A stretch of 64,000 nt of DNA from a virus (IMGVR_UViG_2545824693_000007:925-64924), one strand, 5' to 3'. Positions 39,084 through 48,542 are shown, counted from the stretch's first letter. Notes: generated by a model from the letters alone, not told the origin. Made by a program: numbers and translations.

Positions 39084-39569
39084 ATGAAGAAAAAACTTAT
39101 TTCATTTATCATGGTGTTCACGTTAGCTGTGCTGGCTGTATCAGTTGTTTCTCCTGGCTATGCAAGTGCAGCGGAAAGTAAAAAAGTACCTGTAGTTCAA
39201 AATAGCATACAGGCTCCTTTAGCTTCAAATATGAAAACCGATATTGCTAAAATCCAGTCAAAGCTTGAGACTCCTGTAGCTGCAAATTCTAAAGTACATA
39301 CACAGGGTATTCCTTTCGCTAAACAAATATTAGTAAAAGCACTTAGGGTTGGTGGTCCCGCTTTAGGAACCCTTATTAAAAAGATCCCATATAAATGGGC
39401 TCAAAAAGCTGGAGATGCTTGTTCTAAGTGGGGACACAAAGCCGCGGACGTTATAGATGAACTTACAAATTTCGGAGAAACAGCCGTTACTGTGGCATTA
39501 GTGAAAGCTGGAATTCCATTAGCTGATGCACAGTTAATTGCGAAGGTTGTTGTGTTCTTTTTGCTATAA
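39084..39569 (+). CDS. Secreted pre-pro bacteriocin-like protein
   Basis: Signal peptide ending ASA; pro-region; amphipathic helical C-terminal region starting GIPFAKQILVKAL. Confidence 0.6.
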   Translation: MKKKLISFIMVFTLAVLAVSVVSPGYASAAESKKVPVVQNSIQAPLASNMKTDIAKIQSKLETPVAANSKVHTQGIPFAKQILVKALRVGGPALGTLIKKIPYKWAQKAGDACSKWGHKAADVIDELTNFGETAVTVALVKAGIPLADAQLIAKVVVFFLL

Positions 39570-39578
39570 CTATACATT

Positions 39579-39620
39579 AAAACAAAAGAGTGAGGCTTAT
39601 AACCTTCACTCTTTTGTTTT
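39579..39620 (+). terminator. Terminator hairpin between the secreted protein and the membrane protein
   Basis: AAAACAAAAGAGTGA...TCACTCTTTTGTTTT. Confidence 0.7.
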
Positions 39621-39642
39621 AATTAGGTAAGGAGAGATCACC

Positions 39643-40164
39643 ATGAATCTGCTTGTTATGACGTTATCAATTTATCTTTTGTTTCTCATCGTCTTTTTTA
39701 TTTTTATGTACAGAGGAGAAAAGAAAGAAGCTGCAGAAAAAAACACAAATGAAAAATTTTTATTATCTACAGTAATAGGAGCTTTGGTTTTATCACTAAT
39801 TCCTACTGCAGTCATAATGGGGATAATCTTATTTGCAACAGGATCAGCAAATGTACTTGTAAGCTTCTTTGAATTAGAAATAGGATTCAATCAGATTGTT
39901 ATTATGAGTGTGTGTATGGTTGTTTATTCTTTTACTTTTGATAATATTTTTGTGGCTGTTGGAAGGCACCTCATTGGAGATAACTTTTTCAAGTTTATAT
40001 TTGCCTCATTGTTTAGGTTTTTATTTATTTATATAGTGGGTATCTTGTGTTCAATTGGGAGTAGCGACAACTTTAAATTATCATTAGGATTAACTTTATT
40101 TTTTCTTTTATTAGAATGTATTTTCCCTAAAAAGCCTGATCGTACTCAGAATATAGAATCTTAA
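39643..40164 (+). CDS. Multi-pass membrane protein, candidate immunity protein
   Basis: About 5 hydrophobic helices in 173 aa. Confidence 0.7.
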   Translation: MNLLVMTLSIYLLFLIVFFIFMYRGEKKEAAEKNTNEKFLLSTVIGALVLSLIPTAVIMGIILFATGSANVLVSFFELEIGFNQIVIMSVCMVVYSFTFDNIFVAVGRHLIGDNFFKFIFASLFRFLFIYIVGILCSIGSSDNFKLSLGLTLFFLLLECIFPKKPDRTQNIES

Positions 40165-40270
40165 GGGCGGACATATCATGACCGACAAAGAAAGAGAAGA
40201 ACTTGCTGCGAATTTAATGCATATGAAAAAAATGAACAAAATGATTAAGAAGGTACTGAAGTAGTAGATA

Positions 40271-40295
40271 TAAAGCAGGCTCTAAGCCTGCTTTA
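40271..40295. terminator. Bidirectional terminator
   Basis: TAAAGCAGGC-TCTAA-GCCTGCTTTA between convergent genes. Confidence 0.75.
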
Positions 40296-40299
40296 TTGT

Positions 40300-40554
40300 T
40301 TAAAACTCCTCTTCATACAATGCTTTCTCCAAGCAGTCCAATTCCTTCAGCTCGCACTGAACCTTTTCTAATTCACATTTAACCTTTTCAAGGCTATCAT
40401 TTTCTAATTGCAGTAAATCTGTCAGACGTCTAATCTTAGCCTCAATATTTGCCAATTGAGTGAGTAAGGCACTTTGCTGCTGCAGTAATTGCCTTCTAAC
40501 CAATTCAATTGTTTCTTCTGTACATTGTCCTCCGCATAGTTGTTCTACTGACAT
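40300..40554 (-). CDS. Coiled-coil hypothetical protein
   Basis: 84 aa, heptad pattern. Confidence 0.55.
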   Translation of the reverse strand: MSVEQLCGGQCTEETIELVRRQLLQQQSALLTQLANIEAKIRRLTDLLQLENDSLEKVKCELEKVQCELKELDCLEKALYEEEF

Positions 40555-40654
40555 TTTACTTCTCCTTTTTATTTTTAATTAGTTTATGAATCCTATAAAA
40601 GATTGTTTTTATTCAGAAGTTATGTAATCATTCCTCCATTGCCCGCTCTGTAAC

Positions 40655-40846
40655 TCATTCCGTCGCCTGCCGAAGCAATGATTTTTCTGGCGGATGGAAT
40701 GTCAATTCCTTATAACCTTCTTCATCTTTATAAGTAAATACTCGTTTTCCGTAGTGGTATCCATCTATTCTTACAATCGGGTGAAATCGCCCGTTAAATT
40801 CAATAGTTCCTAAATCTGCACGAAAAGGAATGTAAATTCCCATCAT
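40655..40846 (-). CDS. Small cassette-like phage protein
   Basis: 63 aa between repeats. Confidence 0.55.
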   Translation of the reverse strand: MMGIYIPFRADLGTIEFNGRFHPIVRIDGYHYGKRVFTYKDEEGYKELTFHPPEKSLLRQATE

Positions 40847-41034
40847 TCCGCCGCCTCCTTATTGATCCGGTTACTCCTTCTATCTGCAAACATCATCATT
40901 TGATACTCCTGCAACTGCTTTTCAACAGTTTCCACAGGCACTAAAGGAAAAGCAGTCTTTTCCCACAAAATAAAATCGCACTGCTTATCATTTGCATCAG
41001 GGAAATACTTTCTCACTAAGTCAATCCACGTCAT
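40843..41034 (-). CDS. Small cassette-like phage protein
   Basis: 63 aa, ends EAAE. Confidence 0.6.
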   Translation of the reverse strand: MTWIDLVRKYFPDANDKQCDFILWEKTAFPLVPVETVEKQLQEYQMMMFADRRSNRINKEAAE

Positions 41035-41293
41035 TCCGCCGCCTCCCTTGTATTGGCGTTAGCCCATCTGGTAGCTGATCAACCCGTTTCATACGTCCGG
41101 GATCACCTTCCCGTTTTTTAAGATATTTTCTTGCTGTTTTATAACTTCGGAAGACGCCATATTTTAACCATTCTTCACTTTTCTTTGAATCTCTGAAAGC
41201 ATAGAAATAATAGTGTTCTCCATAGTCTTTAAACCATTGATTGAATACACAAAACTCGCCTTTATCCGTTTTGTTGTACCAGATTTCTTTCAT
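41021..41293 (-). CDS. Small cassette-like phage protein
   Basis: 90 aa, starts in the repeat. Confidence 0.6.
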   Translation of the reverse strand: MKEIWYNKTDKGEFCVFNQWFKDYGEHYYFYAFRDSKKSEEWLKYGVFRSYKTARKYLKKREGDPGRMKRVDQLPDGLTPIQGRRRNDVD

Positions 41294-41505
41294 TCCGCCG
41301 CCTCCAATGCTTCTATCGCGATCACTTCAGCCTTTTCCAAGGTATCCACCGAAATATCCTCCGCTATCCTGATAAGTGCTTTTTTGTACCGTTCATTTTC
41401 CGCATATAGTCGCGAAACATTCCTGATTAACCAAGTAAAATCACCGGGACTAACATCCCCCTCTATGTCATAACGATGTTCGATCAGGTCTAATCTTTTA
41501 TTCAT
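41290..41505 (-). CDS. Small cassette-like phage protein
   Basis: Start MNKRLD in the repeat, ends EAAE. Confidence 0.6.
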   Translation of the reverse strand: MNKRLDLIEHRYDIEGDVSPGDFTWLIRNVSRLYAENERYKKALIRIAEDISVDTLEKAEVIAIEALEAAE

Positions 41506-41690
41506 TCCGCCGCCTCCACTTCGCATTTGGCACCTTTGAAAACAGTTTCGTAATGTTCGTTTGTATAATGCCCTCTCAATTCCCGGTCGACTTCAAGTGT
41601 GACCTCGCCGACATTACCAAACTTCTTTTCTAAATGGTTTTTAATTATTTGTTTCACTTCTCCAGGTGATAAAGTCACTTGCATTTTCAT
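41502..41690 (-). CDS. Small cassette-like phage protein
   Basis: 62 aa, ends EAAE. Confidence 0.6.
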   Translation of the reverse strand: MKMQVTLSPGEVKQIIKNHLEKKFGNVGEVTLEVDRELRGHYTNEHYETVFKGAKCEVEAAE

Positions 41691-42067
41691 TCTTCCGCCG
41701 CCTCCAATAGATCAGGATTTTCGTAGATATTGCCGATTATGTCCCCTTCATAAGGTTGATAAACTTCATCAGCGCAACAACCGCAACCTCCATCATTAGC
41801 AAAGGGGAAATACCCGCACCGATCTTCCTCAAATTCAACTTGAAACCTTCTGCCAATATCCCAAATATCCCTATCGTAGATCATGCGGCCGTTTTTGTCC
41901 TTCAATCCAGTGAATAAATCCCGGCTGATTAGTTCATATTCATCTGAAAATACCGGGGACAGTTTGGCGGCTGCCCTTTCTTCCAATTGCCCGATGCTGT
42001 ACCATTTCATTTCAATGTTGCCGCTGCCTTTATGTCTGAATGTGTAACGAATCTTGATAATTTCCAT
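41687..42067 (-). CDS. YopX family protein
   Basis: FTGLKDKNGRMIYDRDI...IIGNIYENPDLL. Confidence 0.85.
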   Translation of the reverse strand: MEIIKIRYTFRHKGSGNIEMKWYSIGQLEERAAAKLSPVFSDEYELISRDLFTGLKDKNGRMIYDRDIWDIGRRFQVEFEEDRCGYFPFANDGGCGCCADEVYQPYEGDIIGNIYENPDLLEAAEE

Positions 42068-42072
42068 TTCTC

Positions 42073-42321
42073 TTACCTCCCGTCATCTTGTAACCATTGT
42101 TCAATCTATTTTTTATTTGCATTGTGATAATCTTCATCATAGGAGACAACTCCGCATTCTTTGATTACTACCTTTTGTTCCCCGCCCAACTCAATCATTT
42201 CCTTTTCCCATTTAGCCGTTTGTTCATCTCCGCATATAGACATTAATTCGTTATTAGCCATAACAACATAGACTCGCATTTCCCCCTTACCTCCCGTCAT
42301 CCTCAATCCATTGTTCAATCT
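42073..42321. repeat. Imperfect 35-bp direct repeat flanking a small gene
   Basis: TTACCTCCCGTCATC...CCATTGTTCAATCT at 42073-42107 and 42287-42321. Confidence 0.8.
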
Positions 42322-42398
42322 GTTTTTCCCTGTATCCGACTGCTGTATCCTCTGTCCCGCCTTGTTTACTTACTTTTAATTTGTATAAAATTTCTGTT

Positions 42399-42761
42399 TT
42401 ATCTAATTTTCAGTGCTTTTAATGCCGCTAAGCATGTTGCTTTCTCTGGTTTTTCTGCCCAAGCTTCATACTCGTCAAAAGCAGCACACCAATCTTCCAG
42501 ACCGATAAAATCGTGTTCTCTTGATAAATAAAAATTTAGTCCATAACCTTTTTGTAGCTTCTCAACTACCTGCAATGCTAAACTCATTTCTCCCGCAAAG
42601 TTTTTAAGATTAACCACTTTCCCATCATTATCAAAAGCCAATTCATCGGCCACAATATCCCCTAAAAGCTCAAAGCATTCATCTGGAGTGATTTTCCTCT
42701 TCTTGTAACCGTTGAATAATCGGTCTTGAATCAATTCATTAATTTCAACATTACTTCTCAT
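42399..42761 (-). CDS. Phage protein (ABA-sandwich/BC1872-like)
   Basis: [13 protein letters not shown]...WCAAF...[14 protein letters not shown]. Confidence 0.55.
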   Translation of the reverse strand: MRSNVEINELIQDRLFNGYKKRKITPDECFELLGDIVADELAFDNDGKVVNLKNFAGEMSLALQVVEKLQKGYGLNFYLSREHDFIGLEDWCAAFDEYEAWAEKPEKATCLAALKALKIR

Positions 42762-42982
42762 CTAATCCCTCTTCTCAATTTGTTTTTATCCATCACATCA
42801 ACAACAAAAGCTTCAAATTCCTTATCCCAATATGGTTTTGTTCTTGCTATGTACTTTTTTAAAACTCCATCTTCCTCGATCATAAACGTCTCGCCACGTT
42901 CTATTTCAGTGAATTTCTTCTTTGTCCAGATTCCCCTAATCAATACTTTCACATCTTTAAGCTGCACTGATGTTTGGTACAT
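42758..42982 (-). CDS. Hypothetical protein (yoqX-like)
   Basis: 74 aa, divergent from ligB. Confidence 0.55.
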   Translation of the reverse strand: MYQTSVQLKDVKVLIRGIWTKKKFTEIERGETFMIEEDGVLKKYIARTKPYWDKEFEAFVVDVMDKNKLRRGIR

Positions 42983-43074
42983 TACATCCCTCCTTTTAAT
43001 CCATTAAGTACCATCAGCATTTTGCTTTAAATAACATCTCTCCTTAGATAAGATGTTTAAATGGAGGTGGTTTT

Positions 43075-43887
43075 TTGTTTATAGCTCCAATGCTGCTTGA
43101 TTCAGCCAAAGAGCCATTTGATGATGAAAACTATATTGCTGAGCTTAAATTTGATGGAATACGAATCATTCTATCTAAGCAAGATGGTAAGATTAAGCTC
43201 TACACGCGCCATAATAATGAAGTCACCAATAAATTCCCTGAGCTGCATGATATTGATATTCCCGAAGGGACAGTCTTAGATGGGGAAATTATCGTTACCA
43301 ATTCTGATGGGTTGCCCGATTTTGAATCTGTTATGGAACGTTTTCAATCAAGCAAATCTTCTCATCAAATTGTTTATTGCGTGTTCGATGTCATAAGATT
43401 AAATGAAATATCAATAGCTTCAAATCCACTTTTTAAACGCAAGGAATTCCTTAGATCACTAAATCTTAACCATCCAAATATCTTTGTGATTGAAGGAGTA
43501 CAAGGCAAAGGAAAAGCCTATTTTGAAATGGCTAAAGAAAAGAACCTTGAAGGAATCGTGCTTAAGAAAGCAAACTCCCCTTACGAGATCAACAAGAGAT
43601 CGGAAAACTGGATCAAGGTTATAAATTATCAGTACACTGACGTGCTCATTACTGGATACACTAAGGAAGATATCAAGTTTCTTCTCAGTTACCCTGACGG
43701 TTTATCTGCCGGGTTCATGGAATTTATGCCATTCGATGAACGCAAATACTTCCACTCTATCAAACAAATAGAATATGAAAATGACGATTATGTATTCATT
43801 AAGCCTTTATTATGTAATGTGAAGCACCGTTTTAAGACTAAAAATGGCAAACTTCGTATCCCCTCATTTAATTCCTGGAGAGATTAA
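43075..43887 (+). CDS. ligB: ATP-dependent DNA ligase
   Basis: ELKFDGIR, LDGEI, FDVI, EGIVLK, WIKV; 270 aa. Confidence 0.93.
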   Translation: MFIAPMLLDSAKEPFDDENYIAELKFDGIRIILSKQDGKIKLYTRHNNEVTNKFPELHDIDIPEGTVLDGEIIVTNSDGLPDFESVMERFQSSKSSHQIVYCVFDVIRLNEISIASNPLFKRKEFLRSLNLNHPNIFVIEGVQGKGKAYFEMAKEKNLEGIVLKKANSPYEINKRSENWIKVINYQYTDVLITGYTKEDIKFLLSYPDGLSAGFMEFMPFDERKYFHSIKQIEYENDDYVFIKPLLCNVKHRFKTKNGKLRIPSFNSWRD

Positions 43888-43896
43888 TACTCTCCG

Positions 43897-44145
43897 TTAC
43901 ATAGCTTCTTCTAAAACAAATTCAAAAATTTTATTCTTCACATACGATTTACCTTCGTATACATCGATAATTCTCCATTTTTTAAACATATCGCAATACC
44001 ATGTAACTGCATATTTTGCGTGTTTCAATGAACTGAAAGCTTCTGCATCTCCCGGACAGGCCACTTCGATATAGGGGTGTTCTAATGACTCGCTCCCATT
44101 ATGTTTCAAATAGAATTCCGTTTCGATGTTTTGAATGATAAACAC
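43897..44145 (-). CDS. Hypothetical protein
   Basis: 82-aa ORF with RBS. Confidence 0.5.
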   Translation of the reverse strand: MFIIQNIETEFYLKHNGSESLEHPYIEVACPGDAEAFSSLKHAKYAVTWYCDMFKKWRIIDVYEGKSYVKNKIFEFVLEEAM

Positions 44146-44171
44146 ACAATTCCTCCTTCATAATAAAATAA

Positions 44172-44687
44172 CTATTTGATCTTAATTGAATCCCAATCAA
44201 ATGTTTCTAATATCTTCAATAGTCGTTCCACTTTAGGCGCTCTCCAAGCTGTCATAGCATAAGTATGAGCTTTTGAAGTGTAATGATGCTTATTCGATTT
44301 GATGTGACTCTTTGCTTCTTTTTTGGTTAAAAACATTGTATTTGGTTGTATAATGTGAACCTTTCTTTCTGGAATTAGCTCTGCTTCTTCGTCAATGTAT
44401 TTTCGAATCCACTCAATAGTTTCGTCATAGTCGCCCCCAATTTTTTTCAGCTCAGTTAGGCATTCTTTAGACAGCCCACTATCTTTTTTTATTTCTTCTA
44501 GATAATCATCTAAAACATATGATTCTGCAACATTTGGCAGGTATACAGAATAGCGCTCTGCGTTCTCCTCCCGAGCTTCGACCCATTCATAATCACCGAC
44601 TGTCCAAAATCGTGGTGCAGCTTGACCGTCGTTTTCTTGCGTCCTCAATTCTTCTTGCAACTCTTTTAAAAACTGGATATCTCCCAC
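44172..44687 (-). CDS. Hypothetical phage protein
   Basis: 171 aa, GGAGG RBS. Confidence 0.65.
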   Translation of the reverse strand: MGDIQFLKELQEELRTQENDGQAAPRFWTVGDYEWVEAREENAERYSVYLPNVAESYVLDDYLEEIKKDSGLSKECLTELKKIGGDYDETIEWIRKYIDEEAELIPERKVHIIQPNTMFLTKKEAKSHIKSNKHHYTSKAHTYAMTAWRAPKVERLLKILETFDWDSIKIK

Positions 44688-44719
44688 ATAATACCTCCCA
44701 CCTCGTTAAAAACATGCTT

Positions 44720-45121
44720 TTATCTAAACTCTAATGGTTCATTTAATTCATGTGCTAGTCTGCAGCCAGCAATAAACTGTTTTGTGCACTCTATGTATCC
44801 ACAATCACGTAATATATGACCATGAGACATTTCTTTTTTGCCAACTCTTCTACATATGGCAAGATGGCTTCTAATTCATCCGCAACAATTTTACACATTT
44901 CAGGACTAATTTCACCATCACAATCTGAATGACCGAAAAACTCAGTTAGCCCCTTATGCGTTTTTGGAATAACCTTTACCAAAATACCAATAGCCATCCT
45001 TAAATTTTTTATTGTCATGAGGCGGCCAACTACCTCCAATTGACCTTAATAAAAACCTTCTAAGATTATTAAACGCCGAGTGTGCTCCAATAAAGGCGCC
45101 ATGTGTTACATTTAATCCCAT
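44720..45121 (-). pseudogene. Hypothetical gene with two frameshifts in A-runs
   Basis: MGLNVTHGAF...KGYS / THKGLTEFFGHSDCDG...ELAK / EMSHGHILRD...LEFR lie in different frames, shifting near 44962 and 44835. Confidence 0.6.
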
Positions 45122-45177
45122 ATAATCCTCCTTCCATTTGATGAAAACTATCTTTTAATTTGTTTAAAATGACGATT

Positions 45178-45987
45178 TTATTGACTTTTCAGCTCCACAC
45201 TTATGTTCAGGTTATTTGCAATTCGTTTGCCTACCTCATTTGATACTGTTTGAGACACTCTTTCTTTAAAGCCGTAGAGCAACCTTCCCTCATCTCCAAA
45301 TCCCTCTTCTATAAGTGAGTCAATTTTTGAACTTATAAATGACTGAAATTCCCCTGACTCTGCTGCTTTTTTAACTTCATTTGATACTGCAATGCGAATC
45401 ATTTCTTGAATGTCCTCTTTCGTTATACCTAATTCATTATGTATAAAGTTTTTTACTTCTTTGTATCCCCTTTTCTTATTTTTGAATTCTTGGTATTTAT
45501 TTTCTTTAGACAATGGAACAAGGACACGGTAACATCCATGGGAAAATCCGCACGTGATGTCTCCGTCTGGACGTTCGTATTCGATTACATCGATCGTGCC
45601 AACGCCCACATTAGTAACCTCCCTTACCCTTCCTCCCGATTTACCGTTGTTCATATGAATAACCTTCTCGCATACTTCCGCCTTGCGGTCGACCATTTCG
45701 TAGCGCTCCCCGTCAATGTGGACGACGTTGGTCGGTTCGAGTGTACGGTATTCGTTATTACCAACAAGATGACCGCATTCTGTTGCTACGCCACTACCAT
45801 AACCCGTGTAGAGCTCGACCGTAAATATATCCTCATTTGAATAATGATCTCCATAACCTGGGTCTGCATCGACAATTACGATCTTCTCACCCAGTTTCGC
45901 CTTCCTATTGACCTCTACATACTCGCGTTTGATTCCGCCAAGTGATTCGTCAGCCAATACGTGAATTTTTTCGTTAGTTTTTGTCAT
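45178..45987 (-). CDS. Hypothetical phage protein
   Basis: 269 aa; repeated RKAKLGEKI / RKAEVCEKV motif, also seen in the 5961-6971 protein. Confidence 0.65.
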   Translation of the reverse strand: MTKTNEKIHVLADESLGGIKREYVEVNRKAKLGEKIVIVDADPGYGDHYSNEDIFTVELYTGYGSGVATECGHLVGNNEYRTLEPTNVVHIDGERYEMVDRKAEVCEKVIHMNNGKSGGRVREVTNVGVGTIDVIEYERPDGDITCGFSHGCYRVLVPLSKENKYQEFKNKKRGYKEVKNFIHNELGITKEDIQEMIRIAVSNEVKKAAESGEFQSFISSKIDSLIEEGFGDEGRLLYGFKERVSQTVSNEVGKRIANNLNISVELKSQ

Positions 45988-46040
45988 TTATTCCTTCTCC
46001 CAAATATCCTTCATAATTTTGATGTGTTCTTGTGTCAACT

Positions 46041-46253
46041 TCATCTTTTCTCCCCCTCGTCATCTTCATCCACTTCAAACTGTTCCTTATAGCTATCCCA
46101 ACCGCAACGGCATTTGAAAGCGCACCAGACGCCTTCACCAAGTGACCTCCGCAATAACTTGCCTGTCCTCGCAGAGCGTTCATATCGAAAAGTATCCTCT
46201 CCATACTCGATAATCTGCTTATTCCCGCATTCCGGGCATTCTGTGTAATTCAT
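46041..46253 (-). CDS. Small Zn-ribbon protein
   Basis: CPECG...CRCGW. Confidence 0.6.
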   Translation of the reverse strand: MNYTECPECGNKQIIEYGEDTFRYERSARTGKLLRRSLGEGVWCAFKCRCGWDSYKEQFEVDEDDEGEKR

Positions 46254-46288
46254 ATCGCTTCTCCTTCCCGGCTCCGTCCGCGTATTCC

Positions 46289-46588
46289 TTACTGTGTCAC
46301 CTCTTCTTCTAAGATAGAAGAAACGCCTCCCCCTCTATCAGAAGACCAAATTTCAAAGGATTTTCCATTAATTAATTTCACAATGATAGGAAACCAGTCC
46401 TCGGGTAACAACTCACCTTTTTGCCTTTCTTCATTTTTTTTCAATGCATTATAAAGCTCTTCAAATGAATGAGTGGACACATAAGAAGGCTTATTTATAA
46501 ATGCAGACTCCACGACATCACCAAAAATTTCTTTTGCTTTTTCCGTCAAAATAATTTTATCTTTTGTTAGTTTCAAAAGTTCACCCAC
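46289..46588 (-). CDS. Hypothetical protein
   Basis: 99-aa ORF. Confidence 0.5.
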   Translation of the reverse strand: MGELLKLTKDKIILTEKAKEIFGDVVESAFINKPSYVSTHSFEELYNALKKNEERQKGELLPEDWFPIIVKLINGKSFEIWSSDRGGGVSSILEEEVTQ

Positions 46589-46797
46589 TTCTCCTATCTA
46601 AATATTGTAACGTTCCTTCATTTCTTCAATTTGGCAGTTAATTTTTAGTAACAAATCCTGTTCGCTTTTAAAGTCATCATTTGTTATACCTTTACGTTGC
46701 ATATACTCCAATAAAGCGTGTTTTAATGTGTACAGCTGTTTGTATGAAAATTTAGTGTTAATGCCGCTCATTTCCTCATCCTTTCTCAGTCACTACC

Positions 46798-47157
46798 TCA
46801 ATACTTTATATAAACCACTATTGCTTTTTTCCACGCTAGACTCTCTATTTTTTTCTTAGCTTGCTTCTCTACAAAAGCTGATTGATCATTAGTTAGTGGA
46901 AATTCCGTATATAAATCCTCCGCGACACTATCAGCAATCTCCTCAAACAATTCGTCTTTCTCTTCATTAAATAGCCATACTCGATCATTCAATGTAATAT
47001 AAGAATCAATTAAAATTCTAGATGGATAACCAAGCGTGTAAGGGTGGTCAGATCCTTCATTTGGATACATGAAAATAAGTTCTCTTTCTGGATACATGCT
47101 CAATATATTTAATAATTCTGCTGTTTTATCCAGTTTCCTCATCTCCTTATAAACCAT
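46798..47157 (-). CDS. Hypothetical protein
   Basis: 119-aa ORF. Confidence 0.55.
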   Translation of the reverse strand: MVYKEMRKLDKTAELLNILSMYPERELIFMYPNEGSDHPYTLGYPSRILIDSYITLNDRVWLFNEEKDELFEEIADSVAEDLYTEFPLTNDQSAFVEKQAKKKIESLAWKKAIVVYIKY

Positions 47158-47188
47158 TTTAATATTGTTCTTTTAATTAATTTATGTT

Positions 47189-47389
47189 TTATCCAATAGC
47201 ATATTTTGATTTGTGCGGTCTTTTATGTATGAATTCAGGAATATCAATACGCTTATTGACTTTTGTTTTAGTTCTTACAAGGACACGGTTTTCAAGAAAC
47301 TGTACTTCTTCCACTTTCTGACCATGGGACTCAAAATAAAAATCAAAAATCTCTTTAAGGGTCTTATCATTAAGATTGTAATTCATCAT
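47189..47389 (-). CDS. Hypothetical protein (yoqK-like)
   Basis: 66 aa, position. Confidence 0.5.
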   Translation of the reverse strand: MMNYNLNDKTLKEIFDFYFESHGQKVEEVQFLENRVLVRTKTKVNKRIDIPEFIHKRPHKSKYAIG

Positions 47390-47565
47390 TGCCCCTCCTT
47401 TTGGAATCTATATAGTCTTTCCAGCTGCAATTCTCAAACACTTTCATATCTGCCCCCAAATGCCATTTAAACCATACTAAGTTAAACCATGCTGTTTCCA
47501 ATATGTATTTGATGTAACCGATACTTTCATCCCCTCTTTGGATAAAATAATCCTTTTATATAATT

Positions 47566-47829
47566 TTATTGTTTAAAATCAGATCCAAACATTAGCTTGC
47601 ACTCCTCTAAAGTAAACGGCTCTTCCAAAAACAAAACATCCCCTTTGTTAAACGTCACACAAAATTGATTATTACTTAATGGAAGTGGGCATTCGCTGCT
47701 ATCCTCAACTTCAACTACATCACCTACAGCAATCAGACCTTCTTCAATAAGTTCTCTGAAATCCAAAGAGCCATCATAATGCTCTTCCCAATCCAGACCT
47801 CCCAAATTTGCAATTTTATATTTATTCAT
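47566..47829 (-). CDS. Hypothetical protein
   Basis: 87-aa ORF with GGAG RBS. Confidence 0.55.
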   Translation of the reverse strand: MNKYKIANLGGLDWEEHYDGSLDFRELIEEGLIAVGDVVEVEDSSECPLPLSNNQFCVTFNKGDVLFLEEPFTLEECKLMFGSDFKQ

Positions 47830-47870
47830 TTCGTGTCTCCTTTTATTTTAAATTTAATTGTATTTTTCAC

Positions 47871-48542
47871 TTACCCTGCTGTATATGAAATTTCTAACTC
47901 AAAGTCATATTTAGGATGCATCCTCCATATCTGATGCCCTAAATAGCATCTCCTTGCATAATATAAGCAGTTTGCAGTTCCTCCCTTCCTTCCGTCATAG
48001 ACGGCCACTATTGCTTGACTATGATCAACCATATATTCATTACGTTTCTGCATCTTAGCGAGTGAAAATTCACCTGGATTATCGTCATCAGTTTTATACT
48101 TATCGACTTCCTCAACGTTCACAATTTCATCAGCCGACTCAAGCATTCTCTGATACCAATACTTCTGTTCATCTGGCCAAATCTTATCTTGATTCTTGAA
48201 TGGAATCGCGACAATATTTTCAATAACGGGATACTTCTTCTTCAGCATATGTACACACCAGAATGCAGCTATGTCAGTTCCAAGTGCTCCTCCTGAAATG
48301 AATCGGGTTTTATTATCTTTTGTAATCAGTTCTTCAATGACTTCAAGCAGTTTGTCTTTCAATTTCAGCATTGTAGGGTTTTTCATATCATACCCTCCTA
48401 GCTTGTCCGGCCTATGACCAGTGAAGCACACTGTTTTCTCTCTTAAAGCCTCCTTTTCTTGATAGATCCGCTCACGTTCTTTTCTATCAATTTCCATCTG
48501 CTTAATATATTCAGGATCACTAAGTTTTTTGAAATCGACCAT
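47871..48542 (-). CDS. yoqJ: SLOG superfamily (DUF1273/YspA-like) protein
   Basis: CFTGHRP, ISGGALGTD, QKRNEYMVDHS, AVYDGRKGGT. Confidence 0.85.
   Translation of the reverse strand: MVDFKKLSDPEYIKQMEIDRKERERIYQEKEALREKTVCFTGHRPDKLGGYDMKNPTMLKLKDKLLEVIEELITKDNKTRFISGGALGTDIAAFWCVHMLKKKYPVIENIVAIPFKNQDKIWPDEQKYWYQRMLESADEIVNVEEVDKYKTDDDNPGEFSLAKMQKRNEYMVDHSQAIVAVYDGRKGGTANCLYYARRCYLGHQIWRMHPKYDFELEISYTAG

Larger units (their letters stand above)
40655..41705 (-). repeat. Six copies of a 16-19 bp direct repeat (GGAGGCGGCGGAATGA) at gene junctions
   Basis: Copies at 40655 (degenerate), 40843, 41031, 41290, 41502 and 41687 (+3 nt). Confidence 0.9.

Noticed and set aside
40655-41705. Repeat array as a CRISPR
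   Set aside because: The spacers are 170-240 bp protein-coding genes, the repeat is 16 bp and non-palindromic, and there are no cas genes.
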